This document shows positions 37,879 through 50,244 of a stretch of DNA of 64,000 bases, in pieces. Under the pieces are notes generated by a model, which did no database searches, had not been told where the DNA came from, and was given only the letters and a program-made list of their open reading frames with translations. The translations under genes and the position numbers were made by a program. Source of the DNA: Phaeosaccion multiseriatum. Taxonomy: Eukaryota; Protista; Ochrophyta, other classes. The DNA is taken from assembly GCA_965112735.1 (NCBI GenBank), contig OZ218961.1:2852001-2916000 (forward strand), written 5' to 3'. The first letter of the stretch is position 1, and each line of letters starts with the position of its first letter.

Positions 37879-38615
37879 GGAATGCCGCAAGCTCGGTTAT
37901 GCAAGCTCGGTTATGGGAGCGGCACAGGCGACCGTAGACGGGCCGGGGGGGAGTGGAGGCCCTGTCACTCAACACAAAGAGAGAGAGAGAGAGGGAGAGA
38001 GAGAGAGAGGACCTTCGGGGTGTAGGGCGTTAGGCGAGAGCTGTGGCCCGATGGCAGCTCATGGGAGGCTGCAACCTCTGCTCCAATCGCCCGTGTTCCC
38101 TCCTCCTCAGTCTCGGGACTAGGCCCCACACACTTGTGCCGGACGTGTTCAGAACGGGAGCTTTGTGAGGGCGTGATGAAACTCATTTTGGCGGCCCGTG
38201 TGCGTGGAACCCAAGTGCTGTGAGGGCACTGTGAGTACGGGTGGTGTTGCCGCGCTGCTAATTGCTCACCGAAGCGAAAGAGCATGAGTGGGGCGTCGTG
38301 GCGAAACGGCGCCCCATGTGTTGATACGACTGTATATGATTTCGGAAATCGCGAGGCGCACGCACCCATTCAATACCCATTGTGCTTTACTTCAAACTAT
38401 GAGCCCCCCCCTGTCTTTCGGTAACAAATAGTTTCATTGTAAAGTATGTGTGTATATCCCTTTGATATAATCTTGTACAATACTATATAGTCTGACCACT
38501 CTTTATGTGACTAGACCATACGATACCCATTCATCTGCCTGCGAAATCAGACCCCCAAGTCTTTGGCCATTCTACCCTCCCACCCCCCATCTACACACGC
38601 CTTTCCTCTGACTTA

Positions 38616-41600
38616 CTAGATCATGTCCTTACTGATGTACTGCACCATGTAGGCCGAGCTCTTGTTGGTCAGCGCCCCTCTCTCCCCTACATCGCCTTTT
38701 CGATTGCCTAGAACCTTGCCCCTGCCCATTCCAAACCAAGCCCCCCAACCCCTCCCTTTGCGACGGTCGCCTCCGTAGGCATCCTCGAGCACTGTCTTTT
38801 CGCTCACGGGGAACACGCGATGATCGTCCAGCTTGAACCAGCCCTGAAGGAAGGAAGGAAGGAAGCAAGGAAGGAAGGAAGGAAGGAAGGAAGGAAGGAA
38901 GGAAGGAAGGAAGGGAGACAAGGCCACGGGTTTCAGTTTCAGGGTAGCATACTCTTCCATGTTTCATGGGTGTCAGCAAGTCCGAGCCATGCAGTGCCAT
39001 CCTCGATGGCCATGGGCGATTGGTGGGCGACGAGCTCATCGCCAACCTAAGGTCACCAAGCCAAAGAGGTCACCAAGAACGATGTCATCAATCAAGCACC
39101 AAGCTACTAAATAAGCCATCAAGCACTAAGTCAACAAGATAAGAGGTCGTCACGATCGAGCTACTAAGGAGGTCACCAAGCAATCCACTTTTTCACTTCA
39201 CTCACCTCGGGCGTGGAGGGGTCTGGCCTTACGTACGCGTAGTAGTGGCCCACTTCCGGCCCCCCAACATGCATCACCACCGCGTTGAGCACGTATTCTG
39301 TGCAATCGCCGCTGTCGATGGTCTTGTCGTTCTCATCCTGTGAGTGAGCGTTTCGAAAGGGGAATACGTAACCGCTTGTTAGAGACAGACGGGATCCGTG
39401 ATCTCCCACTCTTTCTCACGTGTGCTTTCCTTCTTCCCCCTCCTCCTCCTCCTCCCTCCCCCTTCTCTCCAGTCGCACCGCACCTTTGCTAACCAAGGCT
39501 TTACGTTAAGCTCTGCTGGGAACTCAAACCTCGAGTCCACCTTGCCCATACTCCCCGTGGCGGGGTCGAATTCGAATCGCTTCAAGTGAAAGTGGAGCAC
39601 GGGTGGAAAGCTCATGAACCTTACTCCTTTCTTTGCATTCTGTAACGCCGAAGCGGCCGGGGGGGGGAGGGAGGGAGGCGTGTGGTGCACACGATACGTT
39701 ATTACGTGAGGTGAGTCGGAGATGGAGATCTTGCTGCACGTAAGTCTTCCATTCTATCCTTCCTTCCGTGGCCTGAATCGTTCCTCTCTTCCTTGCCATG
39801 CACAGCCCCCCCCCTGCCTTACCTGCTTTCCATTCTCTTTGGTCTTCCACTGGTTGTCGCCAGTCAGAAGCTCGGGCGCACAGTATCTGTGAGTCAGAGT
39901 GTGTTTGTGTGTGCGTGTGTGTATGTGTGTGTGCGTGTGTGAGGAGGAGAGAGAGACTTGTAACTCATCCACATACGTGAGCACGACATCGTACATCATA
40001 TGGGAGGGAGCAAGAGTCCACAAGTCCCTCCAAACATCACCAACACGCCTGCACGCACATCGGCAAAGGGGTAATCTACTTCGGGCGACCACCTCTTCCC
40101 CATCCCTTCCTTTCTTTGGCCTGCTTTCATGTCTCTCTCTCAGTCCTCAGCCGCATTTCGCATGCTCTCCCTCTCCACACTCAGGTAGCTAGTTCGCCCA
40201 TGCACCACATTCACTTTCAATACTCAACGAACGCATCCAATCAATCCACTCACGCTTCTATGCTCTTGTCGAGCGTCTTGGTGCCCTTGACGTTAACAGA
40301 AATGTCATAGAAAGGCTCCTCCCACACCATCTCCTCCTTCACGTCTGTGCATCGAATGTACTGCTCCCAGGTGCCCGTGAAGAGCTCCTTCACTGCCTCT
40401 GCCACCTCTGGAGACGGACCAACACCCTCCTGCATGATGCACAAGAGAAAGAGGCGGACAGATGGCAGTCGATGATGAGAGGTGGACAGATGGCAGCCGA
40501 TGATGAGTGGTGGACAGATGGCAGCCGATGATGAGAGGTGGACAGATGGCAGCCGATGATGAGAGGTGGACAGATGGCAGCCGATGATGAGAGAAAGACA
40601 GATGGCAGCCGATGATGTGATTGGTGTAGTACGTTCTCGCACTAAAAACAAACCAAACCACTTGGAGAGGGGGGGGACGGGCTCGAAAGCAGCTAGTGGG
40701 AAGAATGAATCATGAATGACAGCTCAGCCTAGCTCCCCTCCCTCTCTCCCTCCCTTCCTTCCTCTCTCCCTCCCTCCCTCCCTACACCTCTCCCTCCCTT
40801 CCTCCCTTCCTCCCTCCCTCCCTCCCTCCCTCCCGCCTCCCTCCCTCAAGACCTGCCCTCCGCCCCTCCCTTCCTCACCACTTGCTCTCCACCGGCTTCG
40901 GCCTCGAGGTTCATAAACAAGAAGCGCGCAAACTCCTGAGCGTCTTGCTGGAACCGCGGATCGATGCCCATGGCTGCAGTCAGTGCCTCCGTCGAGGCTG
41001 GAGAGCCCTGGGTCTTAAGCTGGTAAAAGACCCGCTGCAGTCCCGTGATGCACACTCCCGGGTTCCTATAATAGCCGGCAGAGAGCAAGGTCTCGGCAAA
41101 GGGCCCTGCATGGAAGACGGTTTGCAGGAGCGAGTTCAGGTAGCAGGTATTACCCTGGTTATGAAGACCCGTGGGCTCTCCTGTCGCACTGCTGCTGCTG
41201 CTGCTAGTGGTGGTGCTGCTGCTGCTTATACTACTGACACTGTCGCTGCCTATACTACTGATACTGTCGGTGCTCATGCCGCTGGTGCTGCTGCTGTCGT
41301 CGTCGGTGGACGGTAGAGAAGACGCAGCTGCTTTCGCCGTTCCCTCGCTTCCTCCCCCGCGTGGCACCGCAAGGACCTCCGTCCTTCTCAGCGGCGCCTG
41401 ACACGCTTCCCCTTCTCTCTCGTTGCTTGCTGAGCATACCCGTGATACTGCCGAGACAGCTGCTGTGGCGCTGATGAACCCTGGAGAGATCTGGCACGCG
41501 CAATGATGGATTGCAACACATTGTTAGACTTCCCGTAGAGCCGTGCCCTGTGGGCAAAGATTAGCCCAACGCGTGACAGGCAACCTTCCTCGCACCTCTC

Positions 41601-41847
41601 CGGCGAGACCCACCCTCCCTACCACCACGAGCATGTCTGAGCTGCAGCCGCAGCCGAATCGTCGAGAACAACAGAGCAAATGCTAGACACATCTACACGT
41701 GTCTTGGCCTTGAAGCTGCACCGCTCAAGCACCTTTACTCACCGCTGCTATGTGGCCCAGCGAGGCATCCCCAAAGAAGGCCTCAGCACTACTCCCCTTG
41801 GAGATCAGGAGCGAGGCAAGGATTGCAACCGCGATCTTCGTCAGCAT
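38616..41847 (-). CDS. Ubiquitin-specific protease (peptidase C19, USP7-like catalytic domain only) with N-terminal signal + transit peptide
   Basis: Cys box GLHNQGNTCYLNSLLQ, QQDAQEF, PPVLHFHLKRFEFD, His box VMHVGGPEVGHYYAYVRP, WFKLDD and SAYMVQY. The predicted first exon 41847-41743 encodes MLTKIAVAILASLLISKGSSAEAFFGDASLGHIAA and ends at a GTGAGT donor. The 5' structure is less certain than the catalytic domain. Confidence 0.88.
40451..40617. repeat. Intronic 28-bp minisatellite, 6 copies (USP intron)
   Basis: Unit GAGGTGGACAGATGGCAGCCGATGATGA. Confidence 0.92.
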
Positions 41848-42183
41848 GGCTGATCTATCACGGAGGAAGACCCTATGCCTCGCCGTCCGCATCGTGTCCG
41901 TATTTCCCCTCTTAATCCCCCCGCAGCTTTGCTACAGCTGCAGCAGTCAGCCAGTAGCCAGGGCCCAATCCCAAGTCAGTATTAGTAAGAAACAGTAAGG
42001 GGAGGGAAGAGGGAAAGAGGGCGATTAGGTATGGAAGGGCATGATTTGATTTTTTTGCCATCCAGTGCCATCCGGAGCCTCAACACCCCACACATTCCCC
42101 CTTCTCCTCTCCTCTCTCTCTCTCTCTCTACTGCTTGCGAGGTCACAAGCTTCCCGTTCGTGCTCCCTCCCGTGGTAGTGATC

Positions 42184-44709
42184 ATGCTCACCTCCACTGG
42201 GGCGTCTCTTATTGTAGCTCTGGTGCTCTCGGGGACACCACACATCGTCAGCTTCACCCCTTTGGGGGGCGTGCTGAGTTTCAGCAGCAGCAGCAGCGGC
42301 AGTCGCTGCTCGTCGCCTCCTTGTTCTCAATCATCCACCGCACTGAAAGCAGTCGTCCTGAAAGACCAGCATAGGCGTAAGGACTTCGAAAGCGAGGAGG
42401 AGTTCGTCAGGACCAAGACACGGACCCAAGAGGCGGTGCGTGAGAGACGGGAGAGGAGAGGCAAAGTGGCAGTAATTGATCCGCCTTGGCCTAATTCTTC
42501 ATCTTTTATCATTACGGGCTCCTCTCTGCTTTCCATACCCTTGTCCTGGCACAGAAATACTTGGAGACGGGAGACTTTGACGCCGTCATCGGGTGCGACG
42601 AAGGTGAGGAAGGAGGGGAGGCGAGGGGTGGAGAGGGGTGAGCGTATCTGGTGAGGAGGGGCAGGGAGGCGTAGAGCTAGTCCATCTACGGTGGTGAAGA
42701 GAGATGGGGGGAGGGACAGGGGTGGGGAGGGGTGGGGAATGTTGGGAAGGAGTAGAGGTGAGGAGGTGGCGGGAAGGGGGGGAAGGGGCAGAGCTATCTA
42801 TGCTGGTGAGAATTGGTGAGGGGGAGCAGAGCCGGCCCATCTGCACGGGTGAGAAGGGGTGCTGGTGTTGCTTGGCAGCGAGACATCTCCCGTCCCCTCT
42901 ACCCTCGGCACACCATCTCTTTTTTGGACGAAAGACCTCACGCCATGTCTCACTCCATCTCGTCCTCTTCCCCCCTCTCGGCAGCCGGAGTGTCCAATCT
43001 AGCCGGGCCTGTGATTGGCGCCGCGTGCTATATCCCCCCCGGAGTACACCTGGACGGCGTGAAGGACTCTAAGCTCATTCGGAGGAGAGAAGACAGATAC
43101 GCTCTCTATGACCAAATTGTGGGCACGGAGGGCGTGAAGTGGGCCACCTTCGCAATCGACCCCGAAAGAATAGACAAAATCAACATCCATCAGTCCGTGT
43201 TAGAGGCGACGAAGGTGAGTGAGTGAGTGAGTGAGTGAGTGAGTGAGTGAGTGAGTGAGTGGGCTAGTGAGTCGGTGAGTGAGCGAGTGAGCTCAGTCCG
43301 TGTTGGAGGCGACAATGGTGGGTGAGTGGCGTCGGTCCGGCGGAAGAGGTCTGGCAATGGATGTGGGGTGCCGGTGGAGAGCACTATGGATAGAGAGTGG
43401 AGAGTGGAGCAGCAGGAGCAGCAGCAGCAGCAGCACGAGCAGCGAGGAGGATCTTCTTTACGGCCCTGTCCGAACGCCAGAGGAGCGGCTGGCAGAGGAG
43501 CTCACAGGTTTTGTTGTTGTTGTCGTAAGAGGGCATGAAAAGACGAGAAGAAAACCCACACACACACACACACATCTTCTTCGCTGACGGTCATGTACGA
43601 CCCACACACATGGCGTTTTGATCCGCGGAAACTCCTGCCCTACCTACACCCACCCCCAATCACACCCCCAACCACACCACCCCGCCTCTCTCAGGGCTGT
43701 GCGCAGGCCCTGGCAGATGAGTTCGAGGGCCAGCGAGTCATGGTGCTAGTGGATGGCAAGTCCCTGCCTCCAGACCTCAGGCGATCGCGTGAGAACATTG
43801 CCGTACGTGCCATTGTGCAGGGAGACTCACAGGAGCTGTGCATCAGTGCTGCCAGGTCAGAGGGAGGGAGGGGGGGAGGGAGGGAGGAAGAGGAGAAGGG
43901 TGGGAGGGAGGGAGGGAGGGAGGAAGGGAGGGAGACTGACGGACAGATGACGCATGGGCCTGGTCTTGCTCGCCTGCCTTTCATTCATTTCACGCGCGAA
44001 CGAACCAGCTCCAGCTGTTGATGTGGGTTGTACGTTGTGTATGGCCCTCGTTTCCGCTTTTGCATTCGGCTGTCGTCTATCTTCTTTCTCCTCCTCTCCC
44101 GACCAACGAACGAACCCAACCCAACCACCCAACCAACCAACCAACTAGCCCAACCAAACCACCCAACACTCACTCATACACACACACGCATACTCACGCG
44201 CCCACCCATACACCCACGCCACCCAACCAACCACCCAAACAACCAAGCAACCAACAAACCAACTAACCGACCAACCAACCATCCACCCGACCAACCAACC
44301 AACCAACCAACCTATCAACCTGCCTACCTACCCACCAACCAACCACCCAATCACCCAACGAACCAACCAACCAACCAACCAACCACCCAACCAAATCAGT
44401 ATCATTGCACGCGTAACGGTGGATCGCATCATGAAGGACTTCCACGAGGAGTACCCAAACTACAACTTTGCCAAACACGTAGGAGCCCCCACTCGGGAGC
44501 ACAAGGACAACATTAAGAGGTACGGAGCGTCGAGGATCCATCGCTTCTCGTACAAGCCCCTCAAGGGTCTCAACAAGGAGTCCTACCTCAAGTGGTGGGA
44601 GGGTGCCGCGGAGAGAGCGAGTTACAAGGGGGAGAGGGTGGGACCGGATGAGGACAACGCGCCAGCGAGGGCTTGGAACGCCGTGAAGGAAAGAAGCGAA
44701 CGAGTGTAG
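42184..44709 (+). CDS. rnhB: Bacterial-type ribonuclease HII, predicted plastid-targeted, atypical substrate-recognition motifs (5 exons)
   Basis: Exons 42184-42436, 42555-42603, 42985-43214, ~43695-43855 and ~44400-44709 give VIGCDEAGVSNLAGPVIGAA, VKDSK, IDKINI, VLVDG, IVQGD..CISAASIIARVTVDRIM, YPNYNFAKHVGAPT and HRFSYKP. Leader is MLTSTGASLIVALVL...VS-FTP. Confidence 0.9.
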
Positions 44710-45221
44710 CGGTAGCGGTGGTGACAGGGGGGGGGGTGGGGCGGCCGTCAAGGAAAGAGAGAAAGGAGTGGCAGGTACATAGCGGCGATGGTTTCGATCG
44801 ATCCGTGGGGCCAGAATAGGGTTTTGTGTACGACGTGTTAGTACCATGTGTAAGAAGTTGAGAGTCTGGACAGGATCTTGACCCGACGCTAGATACGCAG
44901 CCCTCGACGGACCAGACGGACGAAGAACAGGTTGTAACGGAGGCCACAGGTGGTGATATGAATACGTATGGACACGTGTGTGTATGCCATGAAAACAAGA
45001 GAGCTTCAGTGCGCTTTGTCCCTCCCTCTGGGCGGTGCGAGCGTGCCTCCCAACGGGTGTGCTGTATCCCCTCACGTTGACGACCTGAGCTGCGATGGAT
45101 CACAATTTGTCCTTTTAGTATTTCTTACAGTTTTGGTGACAGTTTTAGACTCGCTCATTAGATAGGCATGCAGGGCGAACACGAGCCGCGACTACACTGA
45201 GACTGATGAAGTGTGTTCGAA

Positions 45222-47522
45222 TCAGTCCTTCGGATCTTCCACTCCCACGGGCCCGATGGAGAATTGGCACTCGCTCTCTGCCAGGGTGGGTGAGTCGAAT
45301 ACCTGGCAAATGCGGTTCTCGCCCCGCCCCTTTCGGAATCTTAGCCTTTGTGGAGGAAAGCAAAAAGAACGAGACACAAGAGACAGTAAGAAATAGGAAA
45401 GACGCTATGCCGCCTCGGCCTCGCCCCCCCCCCCCATTAATGACAGAGGACGACGGGAGAGGGGAGCAACCCTTTCCACTCAACACATACATGCCCGCCC
45501 GCCCGCCTGCCCGCCCGCCTGCCCGCCCGCCTGCCCGCCCGCACGTACACACATACACAATACATTCAATTCCCCGGGTGTTGCCACCCTGCCCGCCGTG
45601 TCTCTGTCACCCACCCCACCCCACCTGGTCGTTGAGGCGTGTGCCATGATGTTGCCTCCGATGGGCTTGGTGGCATCTTTGGCGAAGCTCATGCCGTCGG
45701 GGTTGGCCACCACCTGGTTAGTCAGCACCACCGCCACGCCAAACTCCTCCGCCATTCGAGTAAGCTGTCGCAAGAACCTGTGGGGTAAGAAAGGAAGCGC
45801 CAGGAGATAATGAGCAGAAGGAAGGGGTAGCAGCATCGGTGACAGTGTCCTTGGTGCGGGGAGGAGGAAGCAGCAGCAGTATCAGTGACAGCTTCAATGA
45901 TGAGGCTTGGGCGGGAGGGGCGTTGTTGGGGAGCTTCACGAGGAGAGAAAGAACCTTTCACAACAAGCGGCGCGGTACAGAACAAAATGCACGCATTCCA
46001 TGATTCCGGGGTGCACTCACTGGGCAAGTTGCATCTGCCTCTCGGACAGCTCCCCTCGGCCGCTGTAATCTGTGCGGTAGAGCGCCGTGGCACTGTCAAC
46101 CACAATGAGCGCATACCTGGTAGTGGTGGTGGTGGTTGGGGGGGGGGGGTGTCGAAAGCGGGACAAGCGAATTAGAGTGAGGGTAGAGGCAGGCAGAGAG
46201 GTCGACAGAGACAGGAGCGCAGAGCAGAGCACTCGACGCGGACGATTTGAAACACACTCGACCCTTAAAGCAAGCACAGCAGCGGACGAGCCCACCCCTC
46301 CTACCCCCCTTTCCCCCGCCAAACACACGCGTGTGTCGGTGCCTCCCGTCCACCCCCCATGCCGGCCCTGGCGACGCACCTGTCCTCCGCCATCATGGCC
46401 GACGCCATCTTCAAGAGGTCCATCTGCTGCTCCGAGTTGTGGGCCCGAGCGTACGCCACATTATCCATTATGTCATCGCCTGTGCAGCAGTGGGGTCAGC
46501 GACGTCACAAGAGTGAGGCATGGAGGAATGTGATCATCATCATCAAGTGGTCGATGAGTTGGGTAAAGGGCCCACTCGTCAGGTCAACTTCAGCGTGAAG
46601 ATGGTGACCAGTCCAGCCCCTTTCGCCACTCACCGTTGAGTCCGAATCTGTCTGCGATATCCACCAGCCTCTTGGGTCGAAAGGTTCCCTCCGTGTCAAT
46701 GTACATTGCCTTTCCCTCCGCCCCCCCCTGATCCAGCGGCAATTGGCACGTCACGCACAGAGTGTGGCACATCTGCGTCTTCCCCGTGCGAAACTCTCCG
46801 AAAATCTCCGTGAGAGATCCCGTCTCCACCCCTCCTTCTAAGAGTTTGTCCACCTCCTTGGACCCAGTAGAGAGGCGAATCAGATCCTGCCGTTGCAGCA
46901 TGTGCTGAGCGGCGGTGGTGAACCCAATGGGCACCAACTTCTGCACCGTCTCTTTCAATTTCGCTGCTTTCTGCTCGCTGATACCCTTGATGTCTGTAAG
47001 CTTGCGCATCGTAGCGTGGGCAACCTGCTCGGCGGAGAAAGTCGTAGCGGTGAAAGGGTTAGGTGATCCACTCACCGGGGAAAACGCGGGAACTGGGGCT
47101 CTGCCACCGTCTGGCACATGGCGGGAATTTTATTCTTCGGGCATCTCCTGCTCAACTGCCCGCCACGCCCACCCATCGAGTCCCTTACCGCTTCCACCGT
47201 GCAAAGTCCCGCCTCCGAGAGCCGCTGGACGTCGTTGGCATTGAAGCCGTGAGCCTCGAGCTCCGTGACGTGGTGGAACGCCTGCATAATCTGTGGGGAA
47301 GCACCCGCGGACGAGAAGGCTATTGAGGACTCCAGAGCTTGAATGGGAAAGCCCCTCTTTGTCCATCAAAGCCTTTCCCCGCGAGCTCCTCCCGCGTCAG
47401 CTACCTCTCTCCGATACGGAGATGCATTTTGAACTCACCTCCATCTCCTGGTCTTGCTCGCTGCCTTGTTGCTGCTCATTTGGGGCTTGATTCTCCTGAG
47501 ACTGCTGCATAGCAGACGCCAT
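45222..47522 (-). CDS. RAD51: RAD51 recombinase (7 exons)
   Basis: [49 protein letters not shown] and [14 protein letters not shown]. The GGNI and ATALYRTDY residues are RAD51-type rather than DMC1-type. Confidence 0.96.
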
Positions 47523-48019
47523 ATCTCTTCCTCCGGCTGTTGCTCTGCCAACCTATGCTTTGCTCTCTCACTACTGCTCCTGCGGGTCTTTTCAAGCTGG
47601 GCCGTTGGTTCCTCACCCAGACTGCTCTTACCGCAGGTCCCGTGAGCGCACCGGATGATTAAAATCCTCGGCCACAACGGAAGGGATACAGGGGAGAACG
47701 GTGTGATATAGCGGTGACGGTGGAGCTGCGTAAAATGTAATGGTAGTGGTCGGTCGTCCCGCCAAGAGTCGAGGGGGAAATCCAACAGGTGGCGAGCGCT
47801 GAAAGTATAACCAACTCGTCCAGCTGTAACGACGATATCCAGCTTTTTCTTCGATCTTTGGCTTCCTCTACATTCTCTGTGTACTCATTCCCTCTCAGCG
47901 GCTCCGAGTATCTTTAAATCACTCTATACTTCGATCTGTCGGCTTCGCTCCTATGGATTTACTCCCCTGGCCAATCTGAACTACTTCTGTATTTTTACTA
48001 GTACAAGCTGATTTCAGAG

Positions 48020-49703
48020 ATGGCGGATGTGCAATGCAAGCTCGTCCTGGTGGGGAACGGAAGCGTGGGCAAGACCTCGATCATTGGCCGTTTTGTGGAG
48101 GACGGCTTCCACCCCATGTACAAGCAAACGGTGGGGGTAGATTTCTTCGAGAAAAGGCTGCACCTCAAAGGGGACAGCATACGGATGAAGCTGCAGGTGC
48201 GCGAACAGATCAGCTTGCGATCTCGCGTTTAATCTCGTCCTCCTACCTTTTCTCCTCGTCTCTTTGCATGGCCCCAGCGTACACTGTGAAGGGCCAAAGT
48301 TTGTTCATGTCGCTCCGCCCCCCCCCTCCGATGCCGCGCGCAGGTGTGGGACATCGGTGGGCAGAGCATCAGCAGCAAGATGCTGGCCAAATACCTCACT
48401 GGAGCCAGGGTAGTGTTCCTCTGCTACGACATCACAGACCCACAGTCCTTCAGCGATATTGTACGTCCCTCACCGTAGGATGCACCCCGGAGGTTTTTTT
48501 CCATTGGAAAGGAGTGGGGTGGGGGCGGGGGAAATCACTCCACTCAAACTTGTAGCCTTTGGAAAGGCTTTCAGCAAAAGGTTGCCCTGTCCTCTCCTGC
48601 CTACTCCATCCTGCAGTCCATTCATTCTCAGCCCCTCATATCTCGACCGCCCCTCCTCCCCCCCCCCGATCCGTACGGCATGCAGGAAGACTGGCTGGAG
48701 ATGGTCAAGAAGGCGTTTAGGGACAAGCAAACAGGAAAGCCGGACAAGCTCCCCGCCATCTACCTGCTGGGCAATAAGCTGGATTTGCTGCACTTGAGAC
48801 GGATATCAAATGTCAGTACCCCCTTTTCATGATGCTCGTTTGTGCTTTCACACCCCTCACCCTGTTCTGTACGTTAGTTACCCGGCCTCTCACGCCCGCT
48901 ATACTCAAACGGCCCTCTCCTGTCCCATTGCCCCCCCCGCAGTTGACCCACGACCGCTTCATAGAGAGTAACGGGCTCCAAGGCGGATGCTTTTGCTCGG
49001 CCCAGAGTGGCGAGAACGTGCTCCGCTCCTTCTACACGGTGGGTGAGCTGGTGTTGCGTTGGACAAGCGAAGCAGAGTGTGAGGGAGTGCCGTGCCTTGC
49101 TAATCCTCCTCCTTTCTGCTCGTCAGCGGCCCTTTTGATGAACAACGAGCGATTCATCGCAACCATGAGGAACTGCTGTACTGCCCTTGGTCGCTCTGGA
49201 GAAGGGGAGAGACCATATGGGAAACACTCTCCTGTTCCTCCTCACCGCTACGTGCTTGTACCTCTCATCACCGCCCCTGATCTTCCTCCCCTCCCTTTTC
49301 CTCTCTGTTCCTGAATCGAATCGCTCTGTTTCTTTTGTCATTCAACCTCTCATATGTACCGCTTCTAAAGGTGGCGGCAGCAACGGCAAGTGTATCCCTG
49401 TCGGAGTACGACCTCGCCTTTTACGACAAACCTCTGGCAGTTTCAGTACCGGGAGGAGGGGGAGGAGGAGGAGGAGGAGCGGCAGCAGGAGGAGGAGCAG
49501 GAGGGGGGGAAAGGACAGCGACGGCCACCCCTTCGGGGGCGACTCCGGGAGGGGACGGTAGCGGCGGCTTCACTCACGCCTACCCCGAGGAGGGCAGGAC
49601 GGCAAACGCCGACGCCATCGAGGCCGAGGATAGAGCCTTAGAAGAGGCCAAAAGGAACAGAGAGAGGAGAAAACTTGCCTCGCCTGGGTGCTCGTGCATG
49701 TGA
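48020..49703 (+). CDS. RAB28: Rab28 small GTPase (5 exons), C-terminal prenylation motif
   Basis: [32 protein letters not shown] (the WDIGGQ motif typical of Rab28), [14 protein letters not shown]; ends ...GCSCM*. Confidence 0.9.
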
Positions 49704-50244
49704 AACTGGTGGAGGGGAGGAGAGGGGGGGCGGGCTTCTTTCTCCCGCCGAAACCTCTCTTCTCTTCCTCTTCTCTGTTTCCCCCCTCTCTCTCTCCCCC
49801 TTGAGACTAACCCTTGCAAACGAGAAACCATCAATCGCACTTGGCCTGTGCCTGGCTGCTGATGAGAGAGAGCATCAAAGGGCCGCTATGGAAGGCGATA
49901 TCGTGCGTCATGTATGCAAAGAATGCGTTTCTTTCCCTCTTTCTCTAGTGTTTACGGCATGAGGGCGGGTGCTTCCTCGCCTCTATGCCTTGGGCCTTGC
50001 CTTGCCTTGGCGGTCAGGGCCAGTATTGTAGTTCAAGCAGCAAATTGTGTATATTGAAAAAAATTAAACGTAACCAATTCTTTCTATAAAATTAAAAAAA
50101 TAAAATAAAACAGCGTCCACGAGACATATTCAGGGGCACCATCCAACGACACCTGCTGGCTGGATTCATGTGTGCTCCATGGAAATCTCACGTAAAATTG
50201 CCCTTCCTCCTCCCCCCCCCTTCCCCTTGCTCTCCTCATGATCC

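Noticed and set aside
41845-41998. Overlapping divergent start codons in CATG with a short plus-strand ORF (MADLSRRK...)
   Set aside because: The short ORF has no recognisable features, CATG overlap is expected by chance, and RNase HII has a better start at 42184.
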